In this document: in pieces, positions 30,141-40,310 of the stretch
Numbering within the stretch: position 1 is the first letter of the stretch
Layout: every line of letters starts with the position of its first letter
Sequence record: ON184125
DNA length: 64,000 nucleotides
Direction: 5' to 3' (one strand)
Source: Escherichia phage PC3
Notes under the pieces: model-generated
What the model was told of the DNA's origin: nothing
Database searches by the model: none
The model's input: the letters and a program-made list of their open reading frames with translations, nothing else
Program-made: the position numbers and the translations under genes

Positions 30141-30640
30141 TTCAAAGTTCCTTGTATGCGGAGACGATTAATGTGGGCAATGATATAGTCCATAGAGTTT
30201 TGAAAACTGTATTTCCCGTTCTGAACATATGCATGGATCAGGGGTAGGCGACTGTACGCCAATCTGATTTTCAGACGTTCAGGCATTGTCTGGAGTTTCA
30301 TACTAGTTGCAAATAGGATATCGCGCTTGAATTCTTCGGTGGACGGGTCCAGGACAATGACGCGAGAAGCCGCCAATCCCTGTCCATATTGCTTGGCCTC
30401 ATAACCGTCGAGCAGGCGCAGGTTGTCATCCCTATACTTCAGCCAATACCAGTACCCCTCCATGGAGTTGAACACACCATGTTCATGGGTAGTCATTGGA
30501 TGATGGGTAAAATGCGAGAGGAAGCGCCCGAGTTCCGTCTGGCTCCGGCTATAGATGTTGAAGTGATTCTTACCCTCTGTTGCAGGGGTCATCTTGTTCT
30601 GTGGAACGTTCATTAACAGCATCATGATGTAGTTTCTCAA
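30137..30640 (-). CDS. hypothetical protein
   Basis: 167-aa ORF. Confidence 0.5.
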   Translation of the reverse strand: MRNYIMMLLMNVPQNKMTPATEGKNHFNIYSRSQTELGRFLSHFTHHPMTTHEHGVFNSMEGYWYWLKYRDDNLRLLDGYEAKQYGQGLAASRVIVLDPSTEEFKRDILFATSMKLQTMPERLKIRLAYSRLPLIHAYVQNGKYSFQNSMDYIIAHINRLRIQGTLK

Positions 30641-30667
30641 ATCAAAGTATTGCTGTGTGTAGTGAAA

Positions 30668-30865
30668 TTACTTCTTCATGCAGCCCATATAACTACAGGC
30701 CAAGCCGATAGCGGCGAATACGATAGCCAGGACAAATCGGGTTATCTGCATTTGTGGTATTGTGAGCAGCCCGATCACGTTTTCGATCGTCAGGAAGAAA
30801 CACACCCCAGCGACGACACCGAATTTGAACGAGTTTCGTTCTTTGTAGATCTTGAACCTGAACAT
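30668..30865 (-). CDS. small membrane protein
   Basis: 65-aa ORF, two hydrophobic helices. Confidence 0.3.
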   Translation of the reverse strand: MFRFKIYKERNSFKFGVVAGVCFFLTIENVIGLLTIPQMQITRFVLAIVFAAIGLACSYMGCMKK

Positions 30866-30910
30866 ATGCGCCTCCTGATTGAAGCGGGGAGTTTCCTCCC
30901 CTGTAACTAT

Positions 30911-31411
30911 CTAGCCCAGAAACACTACTAAAGTCAAATTAGTGAGGGCGCTGCGACCTTCCCGCAGCATTTCATGCGCAGATGCAAGGCGCTTGGGGTC
31001 ATGCAACGTATCAGAGAACACGATGATGTTTGCTTTATCGATGTCCGTGCCCATGTAATGGGAGATGGTTGTCGTGTGCTGTTTCTTGTCTACATCGGGC
31101 AATGATACATCCGCGCCTGCTCGGGAGCGGAAGAAAGAATCGCGTTCACTAACGCTATGGAAGACACCCATGATGTTGAGGTTGTTCTCTGTCTGGAAAT
31201 CATAGGACAGAATCTTCTTCAGCGCGGCGGTGTGCCCAGTCTGGCGCAGCATGCGATAGTACAGTATGTTTCCAGGACAGGTGGGGTCCGTCACACCTCC
31301 CCTCGATTGGCGATCTTTCTGGATTTCATACGCATCCAGGATAAGTTGTTGGACCATTTCAATATGGGCAGTCAGGGAGATTTCGACTTTACGTTTGACC
31401 ATGGATTTCAT
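30911..31411 (-). CDS. hypothetical protein
   Basis: 166-aa ORF. Confidence 0.5.
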   Translation of the reverse strand: MKSMVKRKVEISLTAHIEMVQQLILDAYEIQKDRQSRGGVTDPTCPGNILYYRMLRQTGHTAALKKILSYDFQTENNLNIMGVFHSVSERDSFFRSRAGADVSLPDVDKKQHTTTISHYMGTDIDKANIIVFSDTLHDPKRLASAHEMLREGRSALTNLTLVVFLG

Positions 31412-31479
31412 TTGGTGTATCCTCAGTTAGGTTCCGCTCATGGGGAACGGGTCCATTATACACCAAATGCTGGAAATGA

Positions 31480-31501
31480 AAAAGAGGCCGGAGCCTCTTT
31501 T
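31480..31501 (-). terminator. rho-independent terminator (AAAAGAGGC-CGGA-GCCTCTTTT)
   Basis: 9-bp GC-rich stem, tetraloop, T-run on the minus strand; core GAGGCCGGAGCCTC shared with 33557-33578. Confidence 0.6.
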
Positions 31502-31754
31502 AGTCTTCATATTTGCCTGTCCTGAAGTTCCACTTTCGCGCATTCTTCAGGTCCAGGTCTTTGAAGATGTTTCCAAAGATCTTTTGGAAGGAGGTCTGCT
31601 CTTGTTCTTCCTCAAGATCCTTGGGCTTCTTGACAGGCTCTTTCACCATACCGCCTTCGGGTTTCCCCACATCGGCGGTCGTGGTTCCAGGGGCTGTCGA
31701 GTCTTCAAGGAAGTCCTGGAAGCCTTTCATGATTAGATCGCAGCCATTTCGCAA
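31500..31754 (-). CDS. hypothetical protein
   Basis: 84-aa ORF. Confidence 0.35.
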   Translation of the reverse strand: MRNGCDLIMKGFQDFLEDSTAPGTTTADVGKPEGGMVKEPVKKPKDLEEEQEQTSFQKIFGNIFKDLDLKNARKWNFRTGKYED

Positions 31755-32554
31755 CGAGTAGAGGTCACAGAGTGGCCGTCAGCGTCTTCAACAACACACC
31801 AGTACTCACCCTCGTTTTCGGCAGCAACTGCAGTGATAACCAGGCTCGCAGTTGCAGCAGTGGGGTTAGTGCCAGCATCGATCACCTCACCTTCACCACC
31901 AGGGACATCAGAGAAGTACCAAGTATGTGTGTATGGGGTAGTGCCGCCTGTAGCAGCGATGGTGAAGGTTGCGGATTCACCTGTTGTTACATCCTGAGAA
32001 GCGGCCAGATCGGTAGATAGAGACAGAGCGCCAGCCACTGTGATGACGGTAGAGTCGGTGTGGTCACCTTCGATGGTTACACCGTAAACAGTCACTGAAC
32101 CCGGCGCCAGCAGCTTGAATTTACCACCACCGATGTGCACAGCTTTGGTCAGATCGCCAGAGTACCAGTTGACACCCTGGTAGGTCGCGTTCTCCGGAGC
32201 GACGACCGCCTTCAGTTCAACAACCTGACCGACTTCACCATTAGCAGTTTCAGGGGTGATGGTCAGGCCAGTGGTCAGCACAGCGCTTGGGTCGTGGATT
32301 TCATAAGACAGCTGGAAGCCAACGGGCTTGGTTGGATCCACTTTGGTGACGCCATCGGCCTGCAAATTGCTCTTGGTCAGCAGTGCATCCAGACCTTTAC
32401 ACTCAGTCAGGATCTCGTCTGGGTCTTGGTTAAGACTGGTCTTTTCCCAACCCCGAGCAGTACCTGTTACAGTGTGAAGACGCTCAGTTTCCGGTTTGTT
32501 GCGAACAACTTCCGGTGCTACTAATACAGTGATCGTTGGCATGGTTTCCTCCAC
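31733..32554 (-). CDS. Ig-like domain protein (possible capsid or tail decoration)
   Basis: Ig-fold signatures ATFTIAATGGTTPYTHTWYF and GEYWCVVEDADG. Confidence 0.5.
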   Translation of the reverse strand: MEETMPTITVLVAPEVVRNKPETERLHTVTGTARGWEKTSLNQDPDEILTECKGLDALLTKSNLQADGVTKVDPTKPVGFQLSYEIHDPSAVLTTGLTITPETANGEVGQVVELKAVVAPENATYQGVNWYSGDLTKAVHIGGGKFKLLAPGSVTVYGVTIEGDHTDSTVITVAGALSLSTDLAASQDVTTGESATFTIAATGGTTPYTHTWYFSDVPGGEGEVIDAGTNPTAATASLVITAVAAENEGEYWCVVEDADGHSVTSTRCEMAAI

Positions 32555-32913
32555 TCATCCAAATCGTTGTTCAGAGCCATCATCAGCTCATTATCTGGTT
32601 CGTATGAACCGGAACATAAATCATCGCGCCATACGCCTAATGTCAACAAAGCAGCCTTGAGGCGTGGCAACTGGGGCTTATCCACCTTCAAAACGAGCAT
32701 GTGGCAAGCGGCCTCTGTTTCGAACGTATTGAAGACAGTAATCAATTGATTGAGAATCAACCGAGGACTCTTACCAGGGACAAATCTCTTCAATGATTGA
32801 TTAATTAGCGAAATCCGCTGAATGTCTACCAGCAGTTCATCCCACGAGACAGAATCTACAATATAATGCCTCAGTGCATAATCCATCAAGTTGCTTTCGT
32901 CAACGATAGGCAT
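32521..32913 (-). CDS. hypothetical protein
   Basis: 130-aa ORF. Confidence 0.45.
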   Translation of the reverse strand: MPIVDESNLMDYALRHYIVDSVSWDELLVDIQRISLINQSLKRFVPGKSPRLILNQLITVFNTFETEAACHMLVLKVDKPQLPRLKAALLTLGVWRDDLCSGSYEPDNELMMALNNDLDEWRKPCQRSLY

Positions 32914-32943
32914 ATTGAATAAGTTCAGCTGTTGTACACCGGC

Positions 32944-33369
32944 TTATTTAATCTGCAATTTTTCGATCAGCTTCGCAATCAGCTGAATGCGATCTTCTTC
33001 TGTGATACCCAGCGGCGCAGCCAACAACTTGAGATCGTCAACCCCCAACAGGTTCAGAGTCTCGACTGTGATGTTGGTTTCAATCACAGCCCCGGTTTCA
33101 AACGGCTTGCCGAACTTGTCGCGACCATAACGCTTGAGGGTCGCAGCCAGCCCTGGAAGCTCCTGGAGGAGTTCCTTCGTGCCGTCTTGGTATTCGCACA
33201 CCCAACCGTACCCGCCAGCGTAGACGACGCCTCCGTCTCCCCCTGGAGGGATGTTATCGATGGCGCGTTGTAGGTAGGTAGGCAACACACCTTCCTCCTT
33301 CGCCTGGATGTCATCGACTGGGGCTTCAGTTTTAATTTCAACTTTCTTGACTTCAGGTTTCTTCGCCAT
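32944..33369 (-). CDS. hypothetical protein
   Basis: 141-aa ORF. Confidence 0.45.
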   Translation of the reverse strand: MAKKPEVKKVEIKTEAPVDDIQAKEEGVLPTYLQRAIDNIPPGGDGGVVYAGGYGWVCEYQDGTKELLQELPGLAATLKRYGRDKFGKPFETGAVIETNITVETLNLLGVDDLKLLAAPLGITEEDRIQLIAKLIEKLQIK

Positions 33370-33556
33370 GTTTGGTTCTCCTATAGACTGTTACGTATTT
33401 ACCACAGCAATTGCAGCAGTATACGTGCATCGCGTATCCTTCGTCTGTGAAGTCGCAACCACCACAGCGACAGAACAATTTCACGAACTGTTGGTCATGA
33501 ACTTCACGGGGAGGAAAGTTCTTGTGGGAGTATTCCCTGGTCTCGCCTTCGAACTG

Positions 33557-33578
33557 AAAAGGAGGCCGGAGCCTCCTT
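33557..33578 (-). terminator. rho-independent terminator (AAAAGGAGGC-CGGA-GCCTCCTT)
   Basis: GC-rich stem, T-run on the minus strand directly downstream of the 33594 gene end. Confidence 0.6.
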
Positions 33579-33593
33579 GGTGGATGGGTTTGG

Positions 33594-35156
33594 TTACTTG
33601 TACAGACCTGTCACGTCAATAGACTTGTGCTGGCGGTTGTACTCAGCAGTGTAGTCATCCAACACCAGGTATTCACAGCAGCGGATCTTGCTGGAGCCAT
33701 AGTCGTTGGTAATAGACACGATGTCTTTCGGGTTCAGCTTACAGCGAACAACGCGCTGGCCAACAGAACCGAAGCACTGTTTCAGATAGGCCAGGGAGCA
33801 AACGTGCAAACCGTATGAACACAGGTCAGAGTTGTTGTCGTTCACGAATGAGCGAGCCATCCGCACGATAGTGCCTGGGGCGTTGCTGATCGTGTTGCTG
33901 TGCTTGTCCATGTAGTTGCCGCGCACCGATTTGTAGAGGATGATGTCACCATCGTCGTCAATTTCGATGTCAGAGTACGCCATGAACTCATAGATGCGCC
34001 CAGACTGAACCAGAGAAGCTGACGGGTTCTGGAACATTTTGTCCATAAACTTCGCCATGCGGTCCAGGTTGTGGAAGTCACCCTTCAGCATCAGCGCCAG
34101 TACACGCTTGGCGATGGATGTGCCTGTGATGTCATGACCGGACCAGCGGACACGGTTGTCAGACACGTCTACCAGACCAGCAGCGTACTTCGCGATGGCT
34201 TCACGAGGGCGCATCAGCGAGTATGCCAGCTTCACGTCTTTGTCTTTGATCGCCTGTACGATGCGGTCATAGGCCGGGTGTGAAGTGGTGATCGTTTCCG
34301 GCTTGCCGTCAATCGCGATAACAACGCTGTCAGGCAGAATCAGGATCTGGTGTTCGTTCAGGAACACGTCCAGGTCTTTCGCTCCGAAGTCCTGCTTGGT
34401 CTTCTTGTCATCAGCCACTTCTTCAACATCTTTGATGGCGACGGTGAATTCTACAGAAGACAGAGCCAGACGCAGGGTGCGACCGAGGATGCCATCAAAG
34501 TAACCAACACGGCGACGGGCATCCAAGGATCCACGAATAGGATAGGTTTCCCCGTCAACCACAACGCTGATTTCAACGTTGCTCGGAACTTTGTCCGCAC
34601 CTTCTGACAACGCCACAGAAATTTCTGCCATCTTGCCGATATCTTCAACATCGAAAGCGCGACTATCACCTTCCACAGGAGTCAATTCAGACTTTTCAAA
34701 GAAAGCCCCTTTGAAATTGTCGTCGTTAGTGAGACACAGATACTTGTTGTGGTTCGGCAGATATGCCCCAACATACCATTCTGTGCCATCTTTGTCTTTG
34801 GCCGTGCCGCCCGGTTGGACCTCGAACACTTCTTGTTCTTCCGGCTTGATAGGAGAGATCACAGTTACCTTGTTTTTCTCCTCGGTAATCCGGACCAACA
34901 GGGCACGGGCGATCGTCTTGGCGCTTACAGCAAAGAACTCAGCCAGGGCACGGTTGCTTTCACCAGCCTTGCTCTTCATCTGAATCTGCTGAATCTCTTC
35001 AGTGGTAAGAGATTTCAGCGATAACGGGTTGACACCGAGTTCCGTGTCTGCAACACGTTGTACAGTCGAGCGGGGTATGCCCAACAGAGTAGCAATTGCG
35101 CTCTGGCTTTTGCCTTCCTTCAAATGCTTCAGGATCTTTTCTTCAATCTTGTTCAT
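33594..35156 (-). CDS. rIIB-like protein (candidate) with N-terminal HTH
   Basis: Immediately downstream of the rIIA-like gene on the same strand; start moved to MNKIEEKILKH; HTH-like SQSAIATLLGIPRSTVQRV. Confidence 0.35.
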   Translation of the reverse strand: MNKIEEKILKHLKEGKSQSAIATLLGIPRSTVQRVADTELGVNPLSLKSLTTEEIQQIQMKSKAGESNRALAEFFAVSAKTIARALLVRITEEKNKVTVISPIKPEEQEVFEVQPGGTAKDKDGTEWYVGAYLPNHNKYLCLTNDDNFKGAFFEKSELTPVEGDSRAFDVEDIGKMAEISVALSEGADKVPSNVEISVVVDGETYPIRGSLDARRRVGYFDGILGRTLRLALSSVEFTVAIKDVEEVADDKKTKQDFGAKDLDVFLNEHQILILPDSVVIAIDGKPETITTSHPAYDRIVQAIKDKDVKLAYSLMRPREAIAKYAAGLVDVSDNRVRWSGHDITGTSIAKRVLALMLKGDFHNLDRMAKFMDKMFQNPSASLVQSGRIYEFMAYSDIEIDDDGDIILYKSVRGNYMDKHSNTISNAPGTIVRMARSFVNDNNSDLCSYGLHVCSLAYLKQCFGSVGQRVVRCKLNPKDIVSITNDYGSSKIRCCEYLVLDDYTAEYNRQHKSIDVTGLYK

Positions 35157-35187
35157 CTTGTAGTTCCCACGTTGGTTAACAGGACTA

Positions 35188-37944
35188 TTATGCCCTGATA
35201 ATGGAATTTGAAATAACGTCCAAGTAATCCGAAGAATTTTCAATCGGGTTCAGGGCGCTTGGTTTGTAATTCTCTTTCAAGAACCGGACAACACGATGAC
35301 GTTCTACGGTCATGCGGTTCGCCTTTTTCGCGTTCCGTGTTGGCGTCTTCAGTAAATCAAACGGCACGAATCCATGAATCCTCAGAACTTCCGATGCGTG
35401 ACTGAAGATTTGCAACATGCGTTGTTCAGCGCGGAACACCCTTTCATCCCGCTCATTGGTGTACAGATTCAGATTCAGAGTGCTGATCGTATCCTGGAAA
35501 TGTTTGAAGCGGCGAACCTCATGAAGGGAAACACTACGCTTCGACATCGCCTGATAATGGCGGATAGTTTGTTCGTCCAAGATATCGTCAACATAATCCA
35601 GCATTTGGTTATACCGATTAACCAGCTGATTATAACGCCCGTCTTCCCCTTCACCGAACGCCTGTTTTACCAGATGACACCCGTATTTCAGGCGATTAGA
35701 ACCAAGGTGAAGTCTCTGATGAGATTTCAGCAACCGTATCGCGTTGTGGCGTTCCAGCATCGGCCTGGCATTCTCCAACATAATCTTCAGAATCTCATCA
35801 ATCGGTATGAAGACCTCTGGGAACTTCTTCATCATTGGCACGGATTTACGGCGAGCCAGGAAGATCCTCTTGTGAACGTTCAGCATGTCGCTGATATACA
35901 CTGGCTTGCCATCTTCATCCGCGTGAACGGCATGTTTGTAGAGAGACTCGCGAATACCCCGCGCCGCATCTGTGGTCAACGTTCTGCCCATCACCTGGTG
36001 GATACACTCATAGCCAGACACCTCAATATAGACGATGCGCTCGCCCTTGTTGATGATATCTGAGATCTGGTCGCCCGTCAGTTCTTCTTGCAGGCAGATA
36101 TCGAAGTTTCTGGACGTGAACGGAAACAGGCCAGGGTCTTTGGTGACCGGGGGCGTGACATACGTCAGTTCGTTCATGAACTTAACTTCAGCAGGCTCCA
36201 GCACCGCACTCAGCCAATCGACGAACTTGTCAGCGAAGCACAGATAATCAACCGTCGTTTCTTCTTTGCCAATCCAAGTTTCAAAGAAATCATAGAGAGC
36301 CTGAGAATTCTTGAACGCAGGGTTATCCTTAGATTGGTTGCGCTTGGTGACATAGGATGTGTTCGGCTTGGCCACGATGACTATCGTCCCTGTATCTTTC
36401 AGCTGCTTGATCTTCAGGTTACGAGCACGAACACTATCTTCGATCACCACAGTAACATGCTGGCCGCGATCAATCCAATTCTGGATTTCTGAGATAGTCA
36501 AAGTACTGGACTCACCCCAGTCATAGAAGATCTCCATAGAGAACGGCGACGACAATTCATTGAACGGCGCGGTGTGGTCATAGTCACGGTCGATCTCAAC
36601 AGGCAGCGGGTAACGGTAATATGAATCATGAAAGCGCTTGTCTGCTGGGTATTCCTTTTCAACCATCTTACGGAACCCACTGCCGAACATTTCACTCAGT
36701 TTTACCTTCTCCATATACAGGGCAAGAGGACCGCGCTTACACGCCAGCTCCAGGTCACGCATCTTTTCTGTCAAGATTGCATTGGCGGTGCCCTTAAACT
36801 CCTCAGAGAGCGTCTCACGCGTGAATTCGTCATATGAAAGGTCTTCACGCGACGGTGGTACGTTCAGCGAGCCAAGTTCGAAGAACGTATAGGACGATGG
36901 AAACTTGCTCATGATGGAAGCAGTGTCCGGGTCCAGCTGGTCCAGGTCAATCGGGTACGACACACCACCCATTACAGCGTAGTGGGTGTTCCCCTGGCCT
37001 TTCGGCTGGATGTACGTGTTGTTGACCTTGAATTCATAACTGATATCTTCCCAGCTGAAGCGGTATGAAGCGTTCTCAACAATTGGACGTTGTTCAGGGC
37101 GCATAACACGACCAAGGCGAACCAGTTCATCAGAGAATGCGGAGAAGCGAGCGTTCTTCACCGGGATCTTCACCGTCATGCCGTTGAACTCATCGGTGTC
37201 TTCCGGCTTAGGATCACGGGTTTCAAGATCTTTGGTGATCAGATCAACAGTCGGGATGCGCTTGGCATTCAGGTACATCAGGAAGCGATGGAGTTTACCG
37301 TCCATGCGGCTTTCCACAGTGAACGAATCCGATACCGCAAATGGTGATTTGGAGCCAAGACCGAATGCCCCAATCTGATCATCATCTTCTTCCTTCGTAC
37401 TGTGGAAAAGAGTGGTATACAACCCAGGCGTACGAATGATTTCACCATCTTCGCGACGGAACACTAGACCACCATTATAGAACGCAGGCACGCCGATGAC
37501 CTCAGCTGAGTCAGGGATCTCGTCTTCCTTGACCACCATGTTGCCTTCCAGCAACACTTCATCTTCCTGCGCTGGGATAGGCTCGCCAATGATCTTCTCG
37601 AGTGGCAGACCGATGCCGTAATCACGGATTTCCAGCCATGGTTCAAAGTCGTCAGGCAGATGGACGATGACTGGTGTACCCTTCGGTGCCAGGAACTTAC
37701 TATGGCGCTGTGGAGGGGGAGTGAGAGGCGCGTAGTGGGATGCTACCATACGGTGCATACGATCACGCATGCCATGGGAGTCGATGGCGTTACAGACGGT
37801 TTCGCGCAGGGCTGCAGCCTCTTTGTAACGATACAATGATGAGAACAGAGTCTCAAACATCTTATCGTTCATCTTCACGTTGAACGCCTGCCCCTGAATG
37901 GAAGACGACGAGCGGATAAAGTGCTCGGACTTGCGCATTTTCAT
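35188..37944 (-). CDS. rIIA-like protein with GHKL-type ATPase N-terminus
   Basis: ETVCNAIDSH, DYGIGLP and GAFGLGSKS motifs resembling Bergerat-fold ATPase boxes; 918 aa. Confidence 0.5.
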   Translation of the reverse strand: MKMRKSEHFIRSSSSIQGQAFNVKMNDKMFETLFSSLYRYKEAAALRETVCNAIDSHGMRDRMHRMVASHYAPLTPPPQRHSKFLAPKGTPVIVHLPDDFEPWLEIRDYGIGLPLEKIIGEPIPAQEDEVLLEGNMVVKEDEIPDSAEVIGVPAFYNGGLVFRREDGEIIRTPGLYTTLFHSTKEEDDDQIGAFGLGSKSPFAVSDSFTVESRMDGKLHRFLMYLNAKRIPTVDLITKDLETRDPKPEDTDEFNGMTVKIPVKNARFSAFSDELVRLGRVMRPEQRPIVENASYRFSWEDISYEFKVNNTYIQPKGQGNTHYAVMGGVSYPIDLDQLDPDTASIMSKFPSSYTFFELGSLNVPPSREDLSYDEFTRETLSEEFKGTANAILTEKMRDLELACKRGPLALYMEKVKLSEMFGSGFRKMVEKEYPADKRFHDSYYRYPLPVEIDRDYDHTAPFNELSSPFSMEIFYDWGESSTLTISEIQNWIDRGQHVTVVIEDSVRARNLKIKQLKDTGTIVIVAKPNTSYVTKRNQSKDNPAFKNSQALYDFFETWIGKEETTVDYLCFADKFVDWLSAVLEPAEVKFMNELTYVTPPVTKDPGLFPFTSRNFDICLQEELTGDQISDIINKGERIVYIEVSGYECIHQVMGRTLTTDAARGIRESLYKHAVHADEDGKPVYISDMLNVHKRIFLARRKSVPMMKKFPEVFIPIDEILKIMLENARPMLERHNAIRLLKSHQRLHLGSNRLKYGCHLVKQAFGEGEDGRYNQLVNRYNQMLDYVDDILDEQTIRHYQAMSKRSVSLHEVRRFKHFQDTISTLNLNLYTNERDERVFRAEQRMLQIFSHASEVLRIHGFVPFDLLKTPTRNAKKANRMTVERHRVVRFLKENYKPSALNPIENSSDYLDVISNSIIRA

Positions 37945-38020
37945 AGTATAGAAATCCTATCAATGTCAAAGGGGAACATATTGGTTGAGTGGGTATAATA
38001 CGGTGGGTGTCTTCAATTGA

Positions 38021-38043
38021 AAAAGCCCTCGGCTGAGGGCTTT
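38021..38043 (-). terminator. rho-independent terminator (AAAAGCCCTC-GGCT-GAGGGCTTT)
   Basis: GC-rich hairpin with T-run on the minus strand downstream of the 38051 gene end. Confidence 0.55.
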
Positions 38044-38050
38044 GTTCAGA

Positions 38051-38479
38051 TCAATCTTCGGTGGCGAATCGCGCCTGGAAGTCGAATGTTGGGCGCTGGG
38101 CACCAGGTTCCAACTTCTCTTCCAGATAGCCGATGATGGTGCGAGTGACCGACACAGGCTCTTTGCGTGGGTTGACTGGAGTAGCCAGCGCGATGATAGA
38201 GGACTGCTGCTCTTCTACACGCGTGTATTCCACATTAAAGTGATAGCGAGAACCAAAGGCCGCCACTTCGACTTTAACGATTTGTAGATCTTTCAGGTCA
38301 GTGCTGCTCAGGGTTCCCACGTTCAACTGTGAGCGCAGGTGCTCAACAATGTTGGAGTACACATACTGTGGGGTGATCAGCTGTTCAATAGAACTCATAA
38401 CATATCCTCTACTTTTGGGTTCGGTTTTACTTAATCGAGCGACCTCTGCTCGAAGGAAGATTATCTCGTCGGTCATCAA
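38051..38479 (-). CDS. hypothetical protein
   Basis: 142-aa ORF. Confidence 0.45.
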   Translation of the reverse strand: MMTDEIIFLRAEVARLSKTEPKSRGYVMSSIEQLITPQYVYSNIVEHLRSQLNVGTLSSTDLKDLQIVKVEVAAFGSRYHFNVEYTRVEEQQSSIIALATPVNPRKEPVSVTRTIIGYLEEKLEPGAQRPTFDFQARFATED

Positions 38480-38736
38480 ACATCACCCATGATCTGGCCA
38501 ACTTTGGAGTGTCTGTAGAAAGATCCTTCAGACACTCCTCACTTACGTTTGCGCTTGTTCTTTCCATGAGTCTTCGCCTTCTTCTTGCGGGTTACAGATG
38601 GACGACCATGTCCCGGTTCGCCGGGTGTGCCACCCTGAGTGTAACGACGCCCCCACATGTCATCACCACGATGCGCGGCGACGATTTCCATTTCTGACAG
38701 CGCTAGCATAGCAGCAACAGCCCGCAGATGATTTCT

Positions 38737-39273
38737 TCATTTCGTTTCCCCCTTGGCAGCATAGGACAGTGCCTGAACAATCATTACAGCCAGATCGATC
38801 GGCGAGTAGGTGCTGTTCAGATCTTCTCGAACACTCTGCTCGATTTCTTCATCAGACTGGACCACAGGACAGTTCTTTCCCTGGCGACGGCGTTCTGTGT
38901 TGATCATATCACGCAGGAGCAGATTGGTGAAGGAGTACTCGTCAAAGTTCTCCAGGTATTTCTGAATCCCAGTGGATACAGGGGTTGGCTCCGGCTCCTT
39001 TGCCCCAGGATCTTTCAGGGCAGCAACAGTGGCATCAATATCCCACAGAGGGTTCATCAGTAACAGAAGATTAACTGTTTCTCCTGACTCTGAAGTCGGG
39101 TTATTTCCCAGCACCTTGTAAAGATTCTTCAGGGTGCTGTCAAAGGTCAGAACGGTCTGTGCCAGTTCTTCATAAGTTGGTTTGGTAGTCATCAGCGTTT
39201 GCTCCGGCGTTTGTTCTTCATCTTTCTTGGCTTGTCTGTCATGTTCCTGTCCACGAAAAAGGGGATAGAGCAA
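38737..39273 (-). CDS. hypothetical protein
   Basis: 178-aa ORF. Confidence 0.45.
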   Translation of the reverse strand: MLYPLFRGQEHDRQAKKDEEQTPEQTLMTTKPTYEELAQTVLTFDSTLKNLYKVLGNNPTSESGETVNLLLLMNPLWDIDATVAALKDPGAKEPEPTPVSTGIQKYLENFDEYSFTNLLLRDMINTERRRQGKNCPVVQSDEEIEQSVREDLNSTYSPIDLAVMIVQALSYAAKGETK

Positions 39274-39292
39274 TAATACCCTATCCCCTTTT
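39256..39292 (-). terminator. long hairpin (AAAAAGGGGATAG...CTATCCCCTTTT) with CAATAATACC loop
   Basis: 13-bp stem flanked by A/T runs on both sides; sits between two minus-strand genes. Confidence 0.5.
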
Positions 39293-39304
39293 ATTGAAGA
39301 ACGA

Positions 39305-39718
39305 TTAGTCTTCAGATTCTACTTTGCCGCCTCGTAGATCCCGAACTGGTTTACCGTCCGGTGTCATCACATAAATGGTGTTGATTGTCTCAAACCAAGA
39401 CAGCTGGTCAACACCCTCGGTGTATGGGGTCACCGGAACAGAAGTCTTGACCTCTTTGCCTTTCGTGTTCGGATGTTCAACCACATCCAAGAACGCACAT
39501 TTCCCGCTCGGAAGGATCACACCATCAGTAAACAGCACGATCTTCTTGCGAGGGTTGCTGGCCTCACCCAGGCACACCACCAGATGATGGATCATCTCGG
39601 GGCGGTCAATCAACATGTCGTCTTTGATAATCCCTTGCTTGATAGCAGAGATCACCACTTCATCCAACAGAGCCTGCTGTTGGTCCAGTGTCAGGGATTC
39701 AGTGAGTTTCACGCTCAT
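39305..39718 (-). CDS. hypothetical protein
   Basis: 137-aa ORF. Confidence 0.45.
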   Translation of the reverse strand: MSVKLTESLTLDQQQALLDEVVISAIKQGIIKDDMLIDRPEMIHHLVVCLGEASNPRKKIVLFTDGVILPSGKCAFLDVVEHPNTKGKEVKTSVPVTPYTEGVDQLSWFETINTIYVMTPDGKPVRDLRGGKVESED

Positions 39719-39722
39719 GACA

Positions 39723-40292
39723 TCAGCCTTTGAAGTTAATCGGTTTCTGAATACCAGCGTCGAACGCGGCCTGGGTACGGGTATCGCTCACCACCTGGCA
39801 GGTCTTGTCAAGGTCGATGCGCGGGTAGCCGAACACACCAGCAATCAACGAACCAGGGAACTGAGCCAGCTTGGTTTCGTATATTGCGCAGATATCCAGC
39901 TTCTTGGTCTGGCTGATGCGGAATTCATCACGCCCAGAACTGATCACCACCTGGATCTCTTTGTACAGGCTGGAATCGAACTGAATATTCTGCTCTTGGA
40001 TCCACTGCATGACGGCCTTGGAACCATCAGCGCCATAACGCCCTTCGAACGTGCCTTTGATCACTTCCTTCAGACCGTCTTTATACATGTCAGGAATCTG
40101 CGCCGTCTCTTGAACTTTGAGCGTGTAGTTGCTCAGGTAGTTCTCGGAGTCTTTGTTGAACTTCTTGACCTGCTGCTCAGTGCGGTTGAAGTCGTTGAAG
40201 TAGCTGATGACTGTACCGATGCCGAGAATCACTACACCCAGCAAAGCCAAACCAATTATCCAACCTGTTGCAATACCCTTAGATTGAGACAT
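39723..40292 (-). CDS. LemA-like membrane protein (candidate)
   Basis: N-terminal TM helix followed by a soluble domain with LemA-like composition; weak assignment. Confidence 0.35.
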   Translation of the reverse strand: MSQSKGIATGWIIGLALLGVVILGIGTVISYFNDFNRTEQQVKKFNKDSENYLSNYTLKVQETAQIPDMYKDGLKEVIKGTFEGRYGADGSKAVMQWIQEQNIQFDSSLYKEIQVVISSGRDEFRISQTKKLDICAIYETKLAQFPGSLIAGVFGYPRIDLDKTCQVVSDTRTQAAFDAGIQKPINFKG

Positions 40293-40310
40293 TCTTACTT
40301 CCTCTTTTGA

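Noticed and set aside
37945-38020. Sigma70-like promoter upstream of the rIIA-like gene (TTGACA-like and TATTAT hexamers)
   Set aside because: Hexamer spacings (10-15 nt) do not fit a canonical promoter and the candidates overlap the terminator or start codon
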